A DNA stretch of 64,000 nt. Origin: Bauldia sp. (GTDB lineage Bacteria; Pseudomonadota; Alphaproteobacteria; Rhizobiales; Kaistiaceae). This document shows positions 30,643 to 41,051 of this stretch, in pieces. The notes under the pieces were generated by a model, which had not been told where the DNA came from, ran no database searches, and saw only the letters and a program-made list of their open reading frames with translations. The stretch lies in NCBI GenBank assembly GCA_022841545.1, contig JALHRF010000004.1:1422-65421 (forward strand), in the 5' to 3' direction. How positions within the stretch are numbered: position 1 is the stretch's first letter; each line of letters opens with the position of its first letter. Both the position numbers and the translations under genes were made by a program.

Positions 30643-31525
30643 TATCCTGATCCCCCACTACAACGACGTCGAGGGTCTGGACCTGACGCTGCGGTCCATC
30701 GCCGCGCAGACCTGGCCGGGCGAGATGCGGGTCGTGATCGCCGACGACGGCTCCGCGGCCGAGAAGCTCCAGGCGGCGCGCAGCCTCGCAGAATCCTTCG
30801 CCCGACCCGTCACGTTCATCGAGAACCATCGGAACCGCGGCCGGCCCTATACCCGCAACGTCCTTCTCGACGCGATGGACAGCCCCTACGTCGCCTGGCT
30901 CGACGTCGGCGACGAATGGTATCCGGAAAAGCTCGCGATCCAGTTCGAGGCCCTCGTCAGGGCCGAGGCGGAAACCCCGGGCGACGCCCTCTGGATGTCA
31001 TGCCACTATCACTGGAAATGGACCGACAACCAGTCCTACCGGAAGAAGCTCCAGAAGACGGATCAGGACCAGCTCCGCGCGCTGCTCATCGGAACCGAGC
31101 TCCGGGCGTATCTGTGGACGCTCCTCGCCCGCGCCGAGACCTACCGCAATGTCGGCTGGTTCGACGAGCGGCTGCCCCGTCTTCAGGACCTCGATTTCTT
31201 CCTGCGCTTCGCTCTCAAGGGGGGGCGCATCCTGGAGCCGGGCGTCGCCGAGGCGCTCTGCATCTACCATAAGAGCGACCTCGGCCGGAGCGCCGACCAG
31301 ATCCGCCAGTGCAACGCCTATATCTTCGACAAGTACCGGGTGCTCTACAACCGCTACGGACAGAAGTTCCGCCGCACCCGGCTCTATCATATGGAAATGC
31401 ACTCGGCGCGCTTCGCCGCCAACAACTTCGATCACCGTCTCGCCAACGAGTATGTGTGGAAGGCCGCGCGGGCGCGGCCCCGCCTCTTCCTCCGCCACCT
31501 CCGGCGCAAGGGCTTTCGACCCTGA
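30629..31525 (+). CDS. Glycosyltransferase family 2
   Basis: ILIPHYN, IADDGS, NRG..RN, WLDVGD, FDERL..QDLDF. Confidence 0.9.
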   Translation: MATLDILIPHYNDVEGLDLTLRSIAAQTWPGEMRVVIADDGSAAEKLQAARSLAESFARPVTFIENHRNRGRPYTRNVLLDAMDSPYVAWLDVGDEWYPEKLAIQFEALVRAEAETPGDALWMSCHYHWKWTDNQSYRKKLQKTDQDQLRALLIGTELRAYLWTLLARAETYRNVGWFDERLPRLQDLDFFLRFALKGGRILEPGVAEALCIYHKSDLGRSADQIRQCNAYIFDKYRVLYNRYGQKFRRTRLYHMEMHSARFAANNFDHRLANEYVWKAARARPRLFLRHLRRKGFRP

Positions 31526-31970
31526 GGGCGAAGGGGTCCGATTCGACTCCCTCGGTCGCTTGCAGCGTGCGTTCAGAACCCCGTGTCTCCGGTTGCTGGT
31601 GTCCGGCGATCGGGGCCCCGACAATGCGGCAACCGGCATTGCCAGAGGCAGAAAATTAAGGATCAGCAACAATTGAAACACACATTTCCGAGAGCCGCTC
31701 ACCTTAATCCTTTCGCCCGGGCCGGAACTCGGAGTAATATCCAGATTGCGTCTGCAAGAGCCGGCAGGTCTGCTTCGGAAGTTGGATTGGCTTCATAACC
31801 GGTGCTGATCGATTTCGTTCTCATAGTCAGTACGAAGCGCAGGCAATGCTACCGGGAATTGCCCGAAGGGCTCAAACACTACCGCTGCATCTTGCAGGCG
31901 ATGTCGCCGGACGTGCGACGTCGGCAACAACCGCACCCCTGATCGGCGGCGTTTCATCGGCGGCCCGGGC

Positions 31971-34895
31971 ATGAGTGGTGCGGGCCCATCTCCTGACGCC
32001 GTTACGGTTTCGCCCGCGATCGACGGGGCGCCTGCCTCGGACGCGTCCTCGGCCGGGTCGACGGCGACCGCCCCGTCCCCGCGGGCAAAGGTGAAACTGT
32101 GGCTGACGATACCGCTCCTGGTCATTGCCGCCGCCGTCGTGACCGGCCTTGCGGTCGCCATTGCCGACTACAGCCAGGCCTCGCGCGAACTCCGCCTCGC
32201 CGTCGAGGACAAGCTGCTGGCTCTCCTCCAGGCGCGCACCATTGCCATCTCGGACTACCTGACCTCGATCCAGCGGGACCTTCGCCAGGAGTCCACCGAC
32301 CCCCTGGTCATCGAGGCGATGCTGCGCTTCACCGAAGCCCGGGCCGAGATCAGCCCGGACGCAGCCGAAGAGCTCCATCGGCTCTACGTCGCCGGGAACC
32401 CCCACCCGGTTCAGTCGCGCAGCCGGCTCGACGATGCCGGCGACGGTTCGGCCTACAGCGCGGTGCATGCCCGCTTCCATCCCGGCTTTCGCGACTTCAC
32501 CGATCGCTACGGCTACCGCGACATGCTGCTGGTCAATCTCGACGGCCATGTCGTCTACTCGGTGAAGAAGCAGGACGACTTTGCGAGCGAGCTCAGCGAG
32601 GAGAACGGAGCCGGCCTCTACGCGGCATTTCGCCGGGCCGTCGCCAATGCGCAGAGCGGCAAGGAAGTCTTCGTCGACTTTGCGCCCTATCGGCCGGCCG
32701 GCGGCGAGCCGACGGGCTTTGTCGCCATAACCGTGTTCGACGAGGCCCGCATGCCGCTCGGCGTGCTCGTGTTCGGCATGCCGGTCGACCGCATCAACCG
32801 GGTGATGCAGGTAGCGGCGGGCCTCGGGCTCACCGGCGAGACCCTGATCGTCGGGCAGGATTTGTTGCTGCGGAGCGCATCGCGGCTGGACAGCCGGTCG
32901 ACCATCCTTGAGCAGCGGGTCGACATCGATGCCATCGAGGCCGCCTTCACCGGCGTCTCCGGCCTCTCGGTCAGCGACGAGCGCAACGAGGACGGCAGCA
33001 CGACCGGCGTGCTGGTCGCGGCGCTGCCGCTCGACTTCCTCGACACCCGTTGGGTGATCGCGGCCAAGGCCGATCTTGAGGAAGTCGATGCGCCGGTGAC
33101 CGGGATGGGACAGCGCGCCCTGATAAACGGGGCGGTCATCGCGCTCGCGGTGGCCATGGTCGGCTTCGTCATCACCCGGTTCGTCGTCGTCCGGCCGCTG
33201 ACCGCGGTGGTGGATGCGATCGGCGCCCTCACCAGCGGCGACCGCGACGCGCCGCTCCGGCTCCCCAGCCGCGGTGACGAGATCGGCGAAGTCTCGCGGG
33301 CCCTGGTGCTGTTCCGCGACAGCCTGATCGAGCGCGACAGGCTGGCCGAGGCCAACCAGCGCGAGGCGCTCATGGCCGAGGCGGGACTGCGGTTCCGCGC
33401 CATCGCCGAGGCCAATCCGGTCGCCGTGCTCGTCGCCGATCGTCACGACGGCGTCATCCGCTACGCCAATCCCATGGCGCGGCAGCTGCTCGGTCTTCCC
33501 CCCGAGCATCCCGTCGACGCCCGGATCGGCGATCTTCTCGCCGGTCCCGGCGCGTTTCCGGCAATTGTCGAGGCCGTCGAGAGCGGGCGCACCGAAGGTC
33601 AGGAGAACCGCATCCGCCGCGCCGACGGGAGCGAGGCGCCGGTCGCGCTGACGGCCCGGGCGCTGGAATATGATGGTCGGCCCAGCCTGGTGCTCGGCCT
33701 GCTCGACCTCAGCGACAAGCACGCCGCGGAGATCGAGATCGCGCGTCAGCGGGAGATGATCTACCAGAGCGAGAAGCTCGGTGCGCTCGGCGTCCTGCTC
33801 GCGGGCGTCGCGCATGAGCTCAACAACCCGCTCTCCGTGGTTGTCGCCCAGGCGACGCTCCTGCAGGAGCTCGCCACCGACGCCAGGACCGCGGCGCGCG
33901 GCGAGAAGATCCGCCTTGCGGCGGAGCGCTGCGCCAGAATCGTCAAGACGTTCCTGGCCATGGCGCGGCAGAAGCCACCGTCGCGCGCGGCGGTCGATCT
34001 CAACCAGGCCATCGACGCTGCCCTGGAGCTGCTGGGCTACAGCCTGCGCACCGCCGGCGTCGAGCTCCGCCTCGATCTCGACCGAACCATCCCCGCCATC
34101 TGGGCCGATCCCGACCAGGTCAGCCAGGTGCTGATCAACCTGATCGTCAACGCCCAGCAGGCGCTCGCCGAGTCCCCGGGCGAGCGGTTCCTGACCGTGG
34201 CCACCCGCCTCGAGCCCAAGGACGGCATGATCCGGCTCACCGTGACCGACAATGGCCCCGGCGTTCCATCCGCCATTCGATCGCGCATCTTCGAGCCGTT
34301 CTTCACCACCAAGCCGATCGGCATGGGCACCGGCATCGGCCTGTCGGTCTGCCACGGCGTGGTCACGGCCCATGGCGGCGCCATCACCGTCGACGATGCC
34401 CCCGGCGGCGGCGCCGTGTTCGAGATCCGGCTCCCGGTCGCGACCGCCATCGAGGCCCCTGCCCAGGCCGCGCCGGCCCCGAGCCTGATCGGGCCGGGCG
34501 GACGTGCCCTGGTTGTCGATGACGAGCCGGCCGTAGCGGAAACGCTGTCGGATATTCTCCGCCACGCCGGCTATCGGATCGATGTCGCGGCGAACGGCGC
34601 GGACGGACTGGCCCGGGTCAGGACCGGAGACTACGATGTCATCTTCAGCGACGTCCACATGCCGGACATGGACGGCCTCGCCTTCTACAGGAACCTCAAG
34701 GACATGAAGCCGGAACTCGCCTGCCGCCTGGTGCTGGTCACCGGCGACATGCTGGGCGTCGGCATCCGGACGTTCATCGAGGAGACCGGGCTGCCGTTCC
34801 TCGAGAAGCCCTTCATGCCCTCCGAAGTGAGGCGTCTCGCCGCTGAGATGGCGGTTCGCGACACGACGCAGGACGGGCGCGTCGCGGTCTCGTGA
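31971..34895 (+). CDS. Hybrid sensor histidine kinase (TM-Cache-like-TM-HAMP-PAS-HisKA-HATPase-REC)
   Basis: Large periplasmic domain (YGYRDMLLV..DFAPY), HAMP RGDEIGEV, AHELNNPL, DNGPG, FFTTKPIG, REC. Confidence 0.93.
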   Translation: MSGAGPSPDAVTVSPAIDGAPASDASSAGSTATAPSPRAKVKLWLTIPLLVIAAAVVTGLAVAIADYSQASRELRLAVEDKLLALLQARTIAISDYLTSIQRDLRQESTDPLVIEAMLRFTEARAEISPDAAEELHRLYVAGNPHPVQSRSRLDDAGDGSAYSAVHARFHPGFRDFTDRYGYRDMLLVNLDGHVVYSVKKQDDFASELSEENGAGLYAAFRRAVANAQSGKEVFVDFAPYRPAGGEPTGFVAITVFDEARMPLGVLVFGMPVDRINRVMQVAAGLGLTGETLIVGQDLLLRSASRLDSRSTILEQRVDIDAIEAAFTGVSGLSVSDERNEDGSTTGVLVAALPLDFLDTRWVIAAKADLEEVDAPVTGMGQRALINGAVIALAVAMVGFVITRFVVVRPLTAVVDAIGALTSGDRDAPLRLPSRGDEIGEVSRALVLFRDSLIERDRLAEANQREALMAEAGLRFRAIAEANPVAVLVADRHDGVIRYANPMARQLLGLPPEHPVDARIGDLLAGPGAFPAIVEAVESGRTEGQENRIRRADGSEAPVALTARALEYDGRPSLVLGLLDLSDKHAAEIEIARQREMIYQSEKLGALGVLLAGVAHELNNPLSVVVAQATLLQELATDARTAARGEKIRLAAERCARIVKTFLAMARQKPPSRAAVDLNQAIDAALELLGYSLRTAGVELRLDLDRTIPAIWADPDQVSQVLINLIVNAQQALAESPGERFLTVATRLEPKDGMIRLTVTDNGPGVPSAIRSRIFEPFFTTKPIGMGTGIGLSVCHGVVTAHGGAITVDDAPGGGAVFEIRLPVATAIEAPAQAAPAPSLIGPGGRALVVDDEPAVAETLSDILRHAGYRIDVAANGADGLARVRTGDYDVIFSDVHMPDMDGLAFYRNLKDMKPELACRLVLVTGDMLGVGIRTFIEETGLPFLEKPFMPSEVRRLAAEMAVRDTTQDGRVAVS

Positions 34896-35052
34896 GCGCA
34901 ACCCACGGGCGCGCGTGAGGAGGAGACTTCCGGTCGGCTTCCGGAGCTTCGCATTGCCTCTGCCGAAGGGCTCCGATATCCTTTGCCCGAGACATCGCGA
35001 TCAACGGCGGTGTTCGTCAGAACCATAATCGTTCTCAGGGAGGAACCCACAG

Positions 35053-36030
35053 ATGAAGAAGCACGTATTCGGCGCCCTCGCGGTCGCCGCGGTCGCCCTC
35101 GGCGCCGGCGGCGCCATGGCGCAGGAGAAGATCAGGATCGGGTTCCTGCCCGGCGTGGTCGATCCGTTCTACCAGGTGATGGAAGTCGGCGTGAACAAGG
35201 CCGCCGCCGACCTCGGCATCGAGGTGGTGACGCAGATACCGCCGACCTGGGGCGTCGAGGTGCAGACGCCGATCCTCGATGCGCTGATCGCGCGCGGCGA
35301 CCTCGACTACATCATCACCGCGCCGACCGACAAGGACCAGATGATCGGCCCGCTTCAGGCCGCCGTCGATGCCGGAATCAAGGTGATCACGGTCGACACC
35401 TTCCTCGGCGACGGCGACTATGGCAGTGGCCCGGTCAAGTTCCCGCTCTCCTATATCGGTTCCGACAACGTCGAGGGCGGACGCATCTCTGCCCGCGGCC
35501 TTGCGGAAGCGATCGGCGGCAAGGGCAAGGTCTACATCAACTCGACCAACCCCAATGTCAGCTCGGTCGAAGGCCGCGCCGTCGGGTTCGAGGAGGTGAT
35601 GAAGAACGAGTATCCCGAGATCGAGATCGTCGGCCTCGACTTCAACCTCGACGACCCGAACACCGCCACGACCCAGACCGCGGCGGTGCTCCAGCGCGTG
35701 CCCGATCTCGCCGGCGTGTTCGGCACCAACGTATTCAGCGCCCAGGGCGCCGGCACCGCGGTGATCAATGCCGGCCTCGGCGGCCAGGTGCAGGTCGTCG
35801 CCTATGACGCGACGCAGTTCGCCATCGAGCAGCTCAATGCCGGCACGGTGAGCCTGGTGCTCGCGCAGAAGCCGTTCGACATGGGCTACCTCGCGGTCGC
35901 CTTCGCCGCCGCCGATGCGGCCGGCGTCACCAGCCTGCCGAAGCGCGTCGAAACCGGCTTCGCCATCATCGACAAGGACAACGTCACCGATCCGGAAGTG
36001 GCGCGGTTCATCTACCAGGTACCGAACTAG
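35053..36030 (+). CDS. Sugar ABC transporter periplasmic binding protein
   Basis: Signal peptide AMA-Q; DPFY, IGSDNVEGG, AQKPFDMG. Confidence 0.92.
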   Translation: MKKHVFGALAVAAVALGAGGAMAQEKIRIGFLPGVVDPFYQVMEVGVNKAAADLGIEVVTQIPPTWGVEVQTPILDALIARGDLDYIITAPTDKDQMIGPLQAAVDAGIKVITVDTFLGDGDYGSGPVKFPLSYIGSDNVEGGRISARGLAEAIGGKGKVYINSTNPNVSSVEGRAVGFEEVMKNEYPEIEIVGLDFNLDDPNTATTQTAAVLQRVPDLAGVFGTNVFSAQGAGTAVINAGLGGQVQVVAYDATQFAIEQLNAGTVSLVLAQKPFDMGYLAVAFAAADAAGVTSLPKRVETGFAIIDKDNVTDPEVARFIYQVPN

Positions 36031-36096
36031 GCCTCAGAACTGTCACGCCGGGCGGAGACGCGTCCTCTATGAGCGCGCTCCGCCCGGAATCGACTT

Positions 36097-37262
36097 GTGG
36101 ACAGCGAGGGCGACCGCGTGGCTGATCCCGACACACGCCTTGCCGGGCGCATGGGTGGCGACATCTCGGGCGCGAAGACGCCCTTCCAGCACTTCATCCT
36201 CACTGTCAGCCGGCTGTGGGCGTGGGTGTTCCTCGGGCTGCTGATCGCCATCTTCGTCGTCTCGATCTCGGTGACGACCGGCGGCACGGTCAACTTCCTG
36301 ACGCTCCGGAATTCCCAGAACATCCTCGTCGCGATCACGCCCGTCCTTCTCCTCGGGCTCGGCCAGACCTTCGTCATCATCGCCGCCGGCATCGATCTTT
36401 CCGTCGGCTGGGTGATGAGCCTTGCCTCGGTGCTCTCGGCACTCGCCATCCGCGGCTCCTTCAACGCCGGCGCGCCGCTCTTTCTCGCCGCGATCCTGGG
36501 CTTCCTCGCCGCGGTCGGCGGCGGCGCCGTCGTGGGCCTGTTCAACGGCGTCATCATCGCCAAGCTCAAGGTGCCGGCCTTCATCGTCACGCTCGGCAGC
36601 GGCTTCATCGTCCGCGGCGTATCGCTGCTCCTGTCGGAGAACACCACCGTCATCGGCCTGCCGCCGGGCATCCGCGACTACGGCAACAACGCGCTCCTCT
36701 ACTACCTCCACGGCGAGGGCGGCGGCTTCTTCTTCGTCGACCGGCCTGAGCTTGCCGGCGAGGCACTTCGCCGCCTCGACCCGATCTTCCCCTGGCCTGT
36801 GGTGATCACGGCGATCGTCGTCGCGATCGCGATCTTCGTCCTCCGCAAGACCCAGTTCGGCCGCCACACCTATGCCATCGGCGGCAACATCGAGGCGGCG
36901 CGGCGGACCGGCATCCCGGTCGATCGCCACATCATCATGCTCTACATCCTGTCGGCGTCGACCGCCGGCATCGCCGGCTTCCTGTCGACGCTCCGCTTCA
37001 CCGCCGGCTCGGCGGTAATCGGCGACGCGCTGCTCCTCCAGTCGATCGCCGCCGTGATCATCGGCGGCGTCAGCCTGTTCGGCGGCGCCGGCACCGTCAT
37101 CGGCACCGTCATCGGCGCGCTCATCATCGCCGTGCTGACTACGGGACTGGTGATGCTCAACGTCGCCGCCTTCTGGCAGTTCATCGTGGTCGGCTCCGTC
37201 GTGATCATCGCCGTCCTCATCGACCAGTCCCGCGACCTGATCATCGGCCGCGGGCGGGGTGG

Positions 37263-37266
<4 letters not shown>
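36097..37266 (+). CDS. Sugar ABC transporter permease
   Basis: GIDLSVG, PAFIVTLG, AIGGNIEAARRTGI, IIGGVSLFGG; start uncertain. Confidence 0.92.
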
Positions 37267-38047
<781 letters not shown>

Positions 38048-38051
<4 letters not shown>

Positions 38052-39286
38052 CTCCGGGCAAGGGCGCCGCCATGGGCGCGAAATGGACCACCCTTCCGTC
38101 GCATCGCCGCTGGCTTTTCGACGAGGCGGACGCGCTGTTCGGCTTCTTCGAGGCGGAGAGCATCGATCCGAAGGGCGGCTTCTTCGACCTCGACGATGCC
38201 GGCCATCCCAAGCCCGCAGCGACGGTCCGCGAGATCCACGTCACCACCCGCACCGTCCACTGCTTCGCCATCGCCCGGCTCATGGGCCGGCCGGGCGCCG
38301 ACCGCTTCATCGATCACGGCATGGATTTCCTGTGGCGCGCGCATCGCGACGCGGCCAATGGCGGCTATGTCTGGGGCGTCGGCGGCGACGACCGCAAGCA
38401 GGCCTATGGCCATGCCTTCGTGCTGCTGGCCGCCGCGAGCGCCAAAATGGTCGGGCACCCTGACGCCGACCGCCTGATCGCCGATGTCACCGAGGTGCTG
38501 AAGGCGCGGTTCTGGGAGGAGAAGCCCGGCGCCGCGCGCGAGGAGTTTGCCCGCGACTGGTCGCCGATCAGCCCGTACCGCGGCCAGAACTCCAACATGC
38601 ACCTCACCGAGGCGACCATGGCCGCCTTCGAGGCGACCGGCGACCGCATGTACCTCGACTGGGCGGAGTCGATCGCCACCCTCATCATCTCGAAGAACGC
38701 CGCCGCCGCCGGCTGGCAGGTGCCGGAGCACTACGACGCCGACTGGCGGGTGGTGCGCGACTATGCCGACGGCGACATCTTCCGCCCCTATGGCATCACG
38801 CCCGGCCACGCGCTCGAATGGACCCGCCTCATCCTTCAGCTCTGGGAGCTCGGCGGCCGGCGGCTGGCCTGGCTGCCCAACGCCGCGGCGTCACTCTTCC
38901 GCCGCGCCTGCGCGACCGGATGGAGCACTGCCGACGGTGGCATCTTCTACACGCTCGACTGGGACGGCAAGCCGCATCTCCGGAACCGGCTGTGGTGGCC
39001 GGCGGCCGAGGGGGTCGGCGCCGCCGCCTTCCTCAACCAGATCGACGGCGCCGCCGAATACGAAGAATGGTACCGCCGCATCTGGGACTTCATCGCACGC
39101 GACCTCATCGACCGCGAGCATGGCGGCTGGCGCACCGAGCCGATCGAACCGGCGGGCGCGGTCGCGCCGCTCTTCTCCGGCAAGCCCGACCTCTACCATG
39201 CGCTCCAGGCCTGCCTGATCCCGCTCCTGCCCACGACCGGGTCGATCACCCGCGGCCTCGCGACGAGCGGTCTCGCTGAGATCTAG
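38048..39286 (+). CDS. AGE family epimerase/isomerase (YihS/mannose isomerase-like)
   Basis: KQAYGHAF, GQNSNMHLTEA, TPGHALEW, WWPAAE, KPDLYHA; ATGA overlap. Confidence 0.9.
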
Positions 39287-39320
39287 AGCCATCCTCAGGC
39301 CAGACGACAACCTGCCAACT

Positions 39321-39415
39321 CCGCTCATGCCCGCGCACGAGCGGGTATCCAGCGTTCACCTCACGACCGCAAGTGACTGGGAAAACTGGATTCCCGCGTG
39401 CGCGGGAATGAGCGG
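39321..39415. repeat. REP-like inverted pair between convergent genes
   Basis: CCGCTCATGCCCGCGCACGAGCGGGTATCCAG (39321-39352) and CTGGATTCCCGCGTGCGCGGGAATGAGCGG (39386-39415) are near reverse complements, each with an internal hairpin. Confidence 0.8.
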
Positions 39416-39437
39416 CTGGGAAGGTGGCGATGCCCGT

Positions 39438-40559
39438 CTAGGCCGGGCTTTCATAGCTCAGCTCGCGCTGGATGTCGTCGGCGACGAACCCCACCGCTTC
39501 GGCCTGGCGCACGCCCGGGAGCACCGCCACGTCGTAGAGCTCGTCGATGGTGTGCTGGAAACGGAGCCACTCGACGACGTTGCCGGTGTCGATGTCGACC
39601 ACCAGCAGCCCCGACCGCGGCACCGCATCCTTGGCGGCCAGCCGTTCATCGAGGGCCAGCCCGGCAAAAGTCTGGTTGTGCCGCGGCCGTGACAGGCCGA
39701 TCACCGCGTGACGGCCGACGAAGGCGAGGCCCCGCGCATAGCCGGGACAGAAGCAGACGGCGGTGAAGGCGCCGGTCGACGGATCGACCGTCCCGAATTC
39801 GCCCTCGCCGGAGTTGAGCACCCAGAGCCGCCCGTCATAGAGCCGGGGCGAGTGCGGCATCGACAGGCCGGTCGCCACCTTCTCGCCGGTGGCGACGTCG
39901 ATGATCACGCCGCCGTCGCGCCGCCGCTCGCGCCAGCCGTCGGCCACGTCCGACGACGACACGGCGCTGACATAGGCCGGCCGCCTGCCGTCCATGGCGA
40001 GACCGTTCAGGTGGCAGCGGTCCTCCGGCGCGAGGTTCGAGATGAACTTCGGCTTCCAGACCGGGCGGAAGCTCGCCGTATCGCTGATCGTCGCGAGACA
40101 CGAGAACAGCGTGTTGACGAAGATCGGCCGGGGCGCGCCGTCGATCTCGGCGATGGCGATGTCGTGGATGTCGGTCCGGCCGGTCACCCGCCCCTCGCGC
40201 GGCACGAACTTCCGGTCGGCCCCACTCGCCGTCAGCGTCCCCGGACGGAGCGCGTTCTCGAAGCGCCAGAGCGTCCACAGCCCGCTCGTCCACAGCGATT
40301 GCCCGTCCGTCCACAGCCCCTGGCACTGTTCGATCATGCGCTCGTGGGCGCGCACGCCGCCGTCGGGCCTTCGCCCGATGAAGAACAGCCGCCCCGCCTG
40401 GTAGGTGGTGAGCGCGACCGAGACGTCGGCCCGCGCCAGCCACTCGGCGAAGTGGGTCGAGAGGAGCATGAGCTGCCCTTTGGCGGGGCGGGCGGCGGTG
40501 TCAGGAGGAACCATGCGCGTTTCCGGAATGAGGGACTGTTCGTGGCGGGGATTTCGCAT
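39438..40559 (-). CDS. TIGR03032 / DUF4915 family protein
   Basis: TTYQAG, DIHD, NTLFSCL, WKPKFIS..PEDRCHLNGLA, GLSMPHSPR, PGYARGL, ELYDV; start uncertain. Confidence 0.85.
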   Translation of the reverse strand: MRNPRHEQSLIPETRMVPPDTAARPAKGQLMLLSTHFAEWLARADVSVALTTYQAGRLFFIGRRPDGGVRAHERMIEQCQGLWTDGQSLWTSGLWTLWRFENALRPGTLTASGADRKFVPREGRVTGRTDIHDIAIAEIDGAPRPIFVNTLFSCLATISDTASFRPVWKPKFISNLAPEDRCHLNGLAMDGRRPAYVSAVSSSDVADGWRERRRDGGVIIDVATGEKVATGLSMPHSPRLYDGRLWVLNSGEGEFGTVDPSTGAFTAVCFCPGYARGLAFVGRHAVIGLSRPRHNQTFAGLALDERLAAKDAVPRSGLLVVDIDTGNVVEWLRFQHTIDELYDVAVLPGVRQAEAVGFVADDIQRELSYESPA

Positions 40560-40584
40560 CGATACGGCGGCCGGTGCGGGACGA

Positions 40585-40824
40585 TCAGGCGCGGGCCTGG
40601 GGGCTGCCTGCGAAGGTATCCTTGAGGATATGAACGAGAAACGCGACGACCTGCGTGATGCCGGCGTAGAGCGCGCCCCCGGCCAGAACCATGGCGGCGT
40701 CGCCGTCGTCGCGAATCTGAGCGCCGAGACCGAGTGCTAGGACGACCGCTGTCGCCGTCAGCACCCGTCCGACGCGGAAGCGAAGCCCAACGATCACGCC
40801 CGAAAGGAGCGCCAGCCCGATCAT
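40585..40824 (-). CDS. Possible small membrane protein
   Basis: MIGLALLSGVIVGLRFRV.. with three hydrophobic stretches; co-oriented with neighbours; start uncertain. Confidence 0.4.
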   Translation of the reverse strand: MIGLALLSGVIVGLRFRVGRVLTATAVVLALGLGAQIRDDGDAAMVLAGGALYAGITQVVAFLVHILKDTFAGSPQARA

Positions 40825-41051
40825 CTTTCCCGCCCCACCGAGATTCGCCCATGCGCCCAAGGATTGGCCGGGAGACATCTCCGGAAGAGTGAATAGTGGA
40901 CCTGATCCTGAGATCGGACAACCGGAAATCCGTCTTCGCGTGCGGTCCGGACGCGAGGTCGCGCGAACAGGAAAGCGAAAGGCCGCCGACCCTGAGCCGG
41001 AGCCGGCGGCCTCGCAGGGGGCGAGAGCGATGGAGAGCGCCCCCTCTTGCG

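Noticed and set aside
31872-34901. 1009-aa ORF antisense to the second hybrid kinase
   Set aside because: Shadow frame with low-information Arg/Gly/Ala-rich translation
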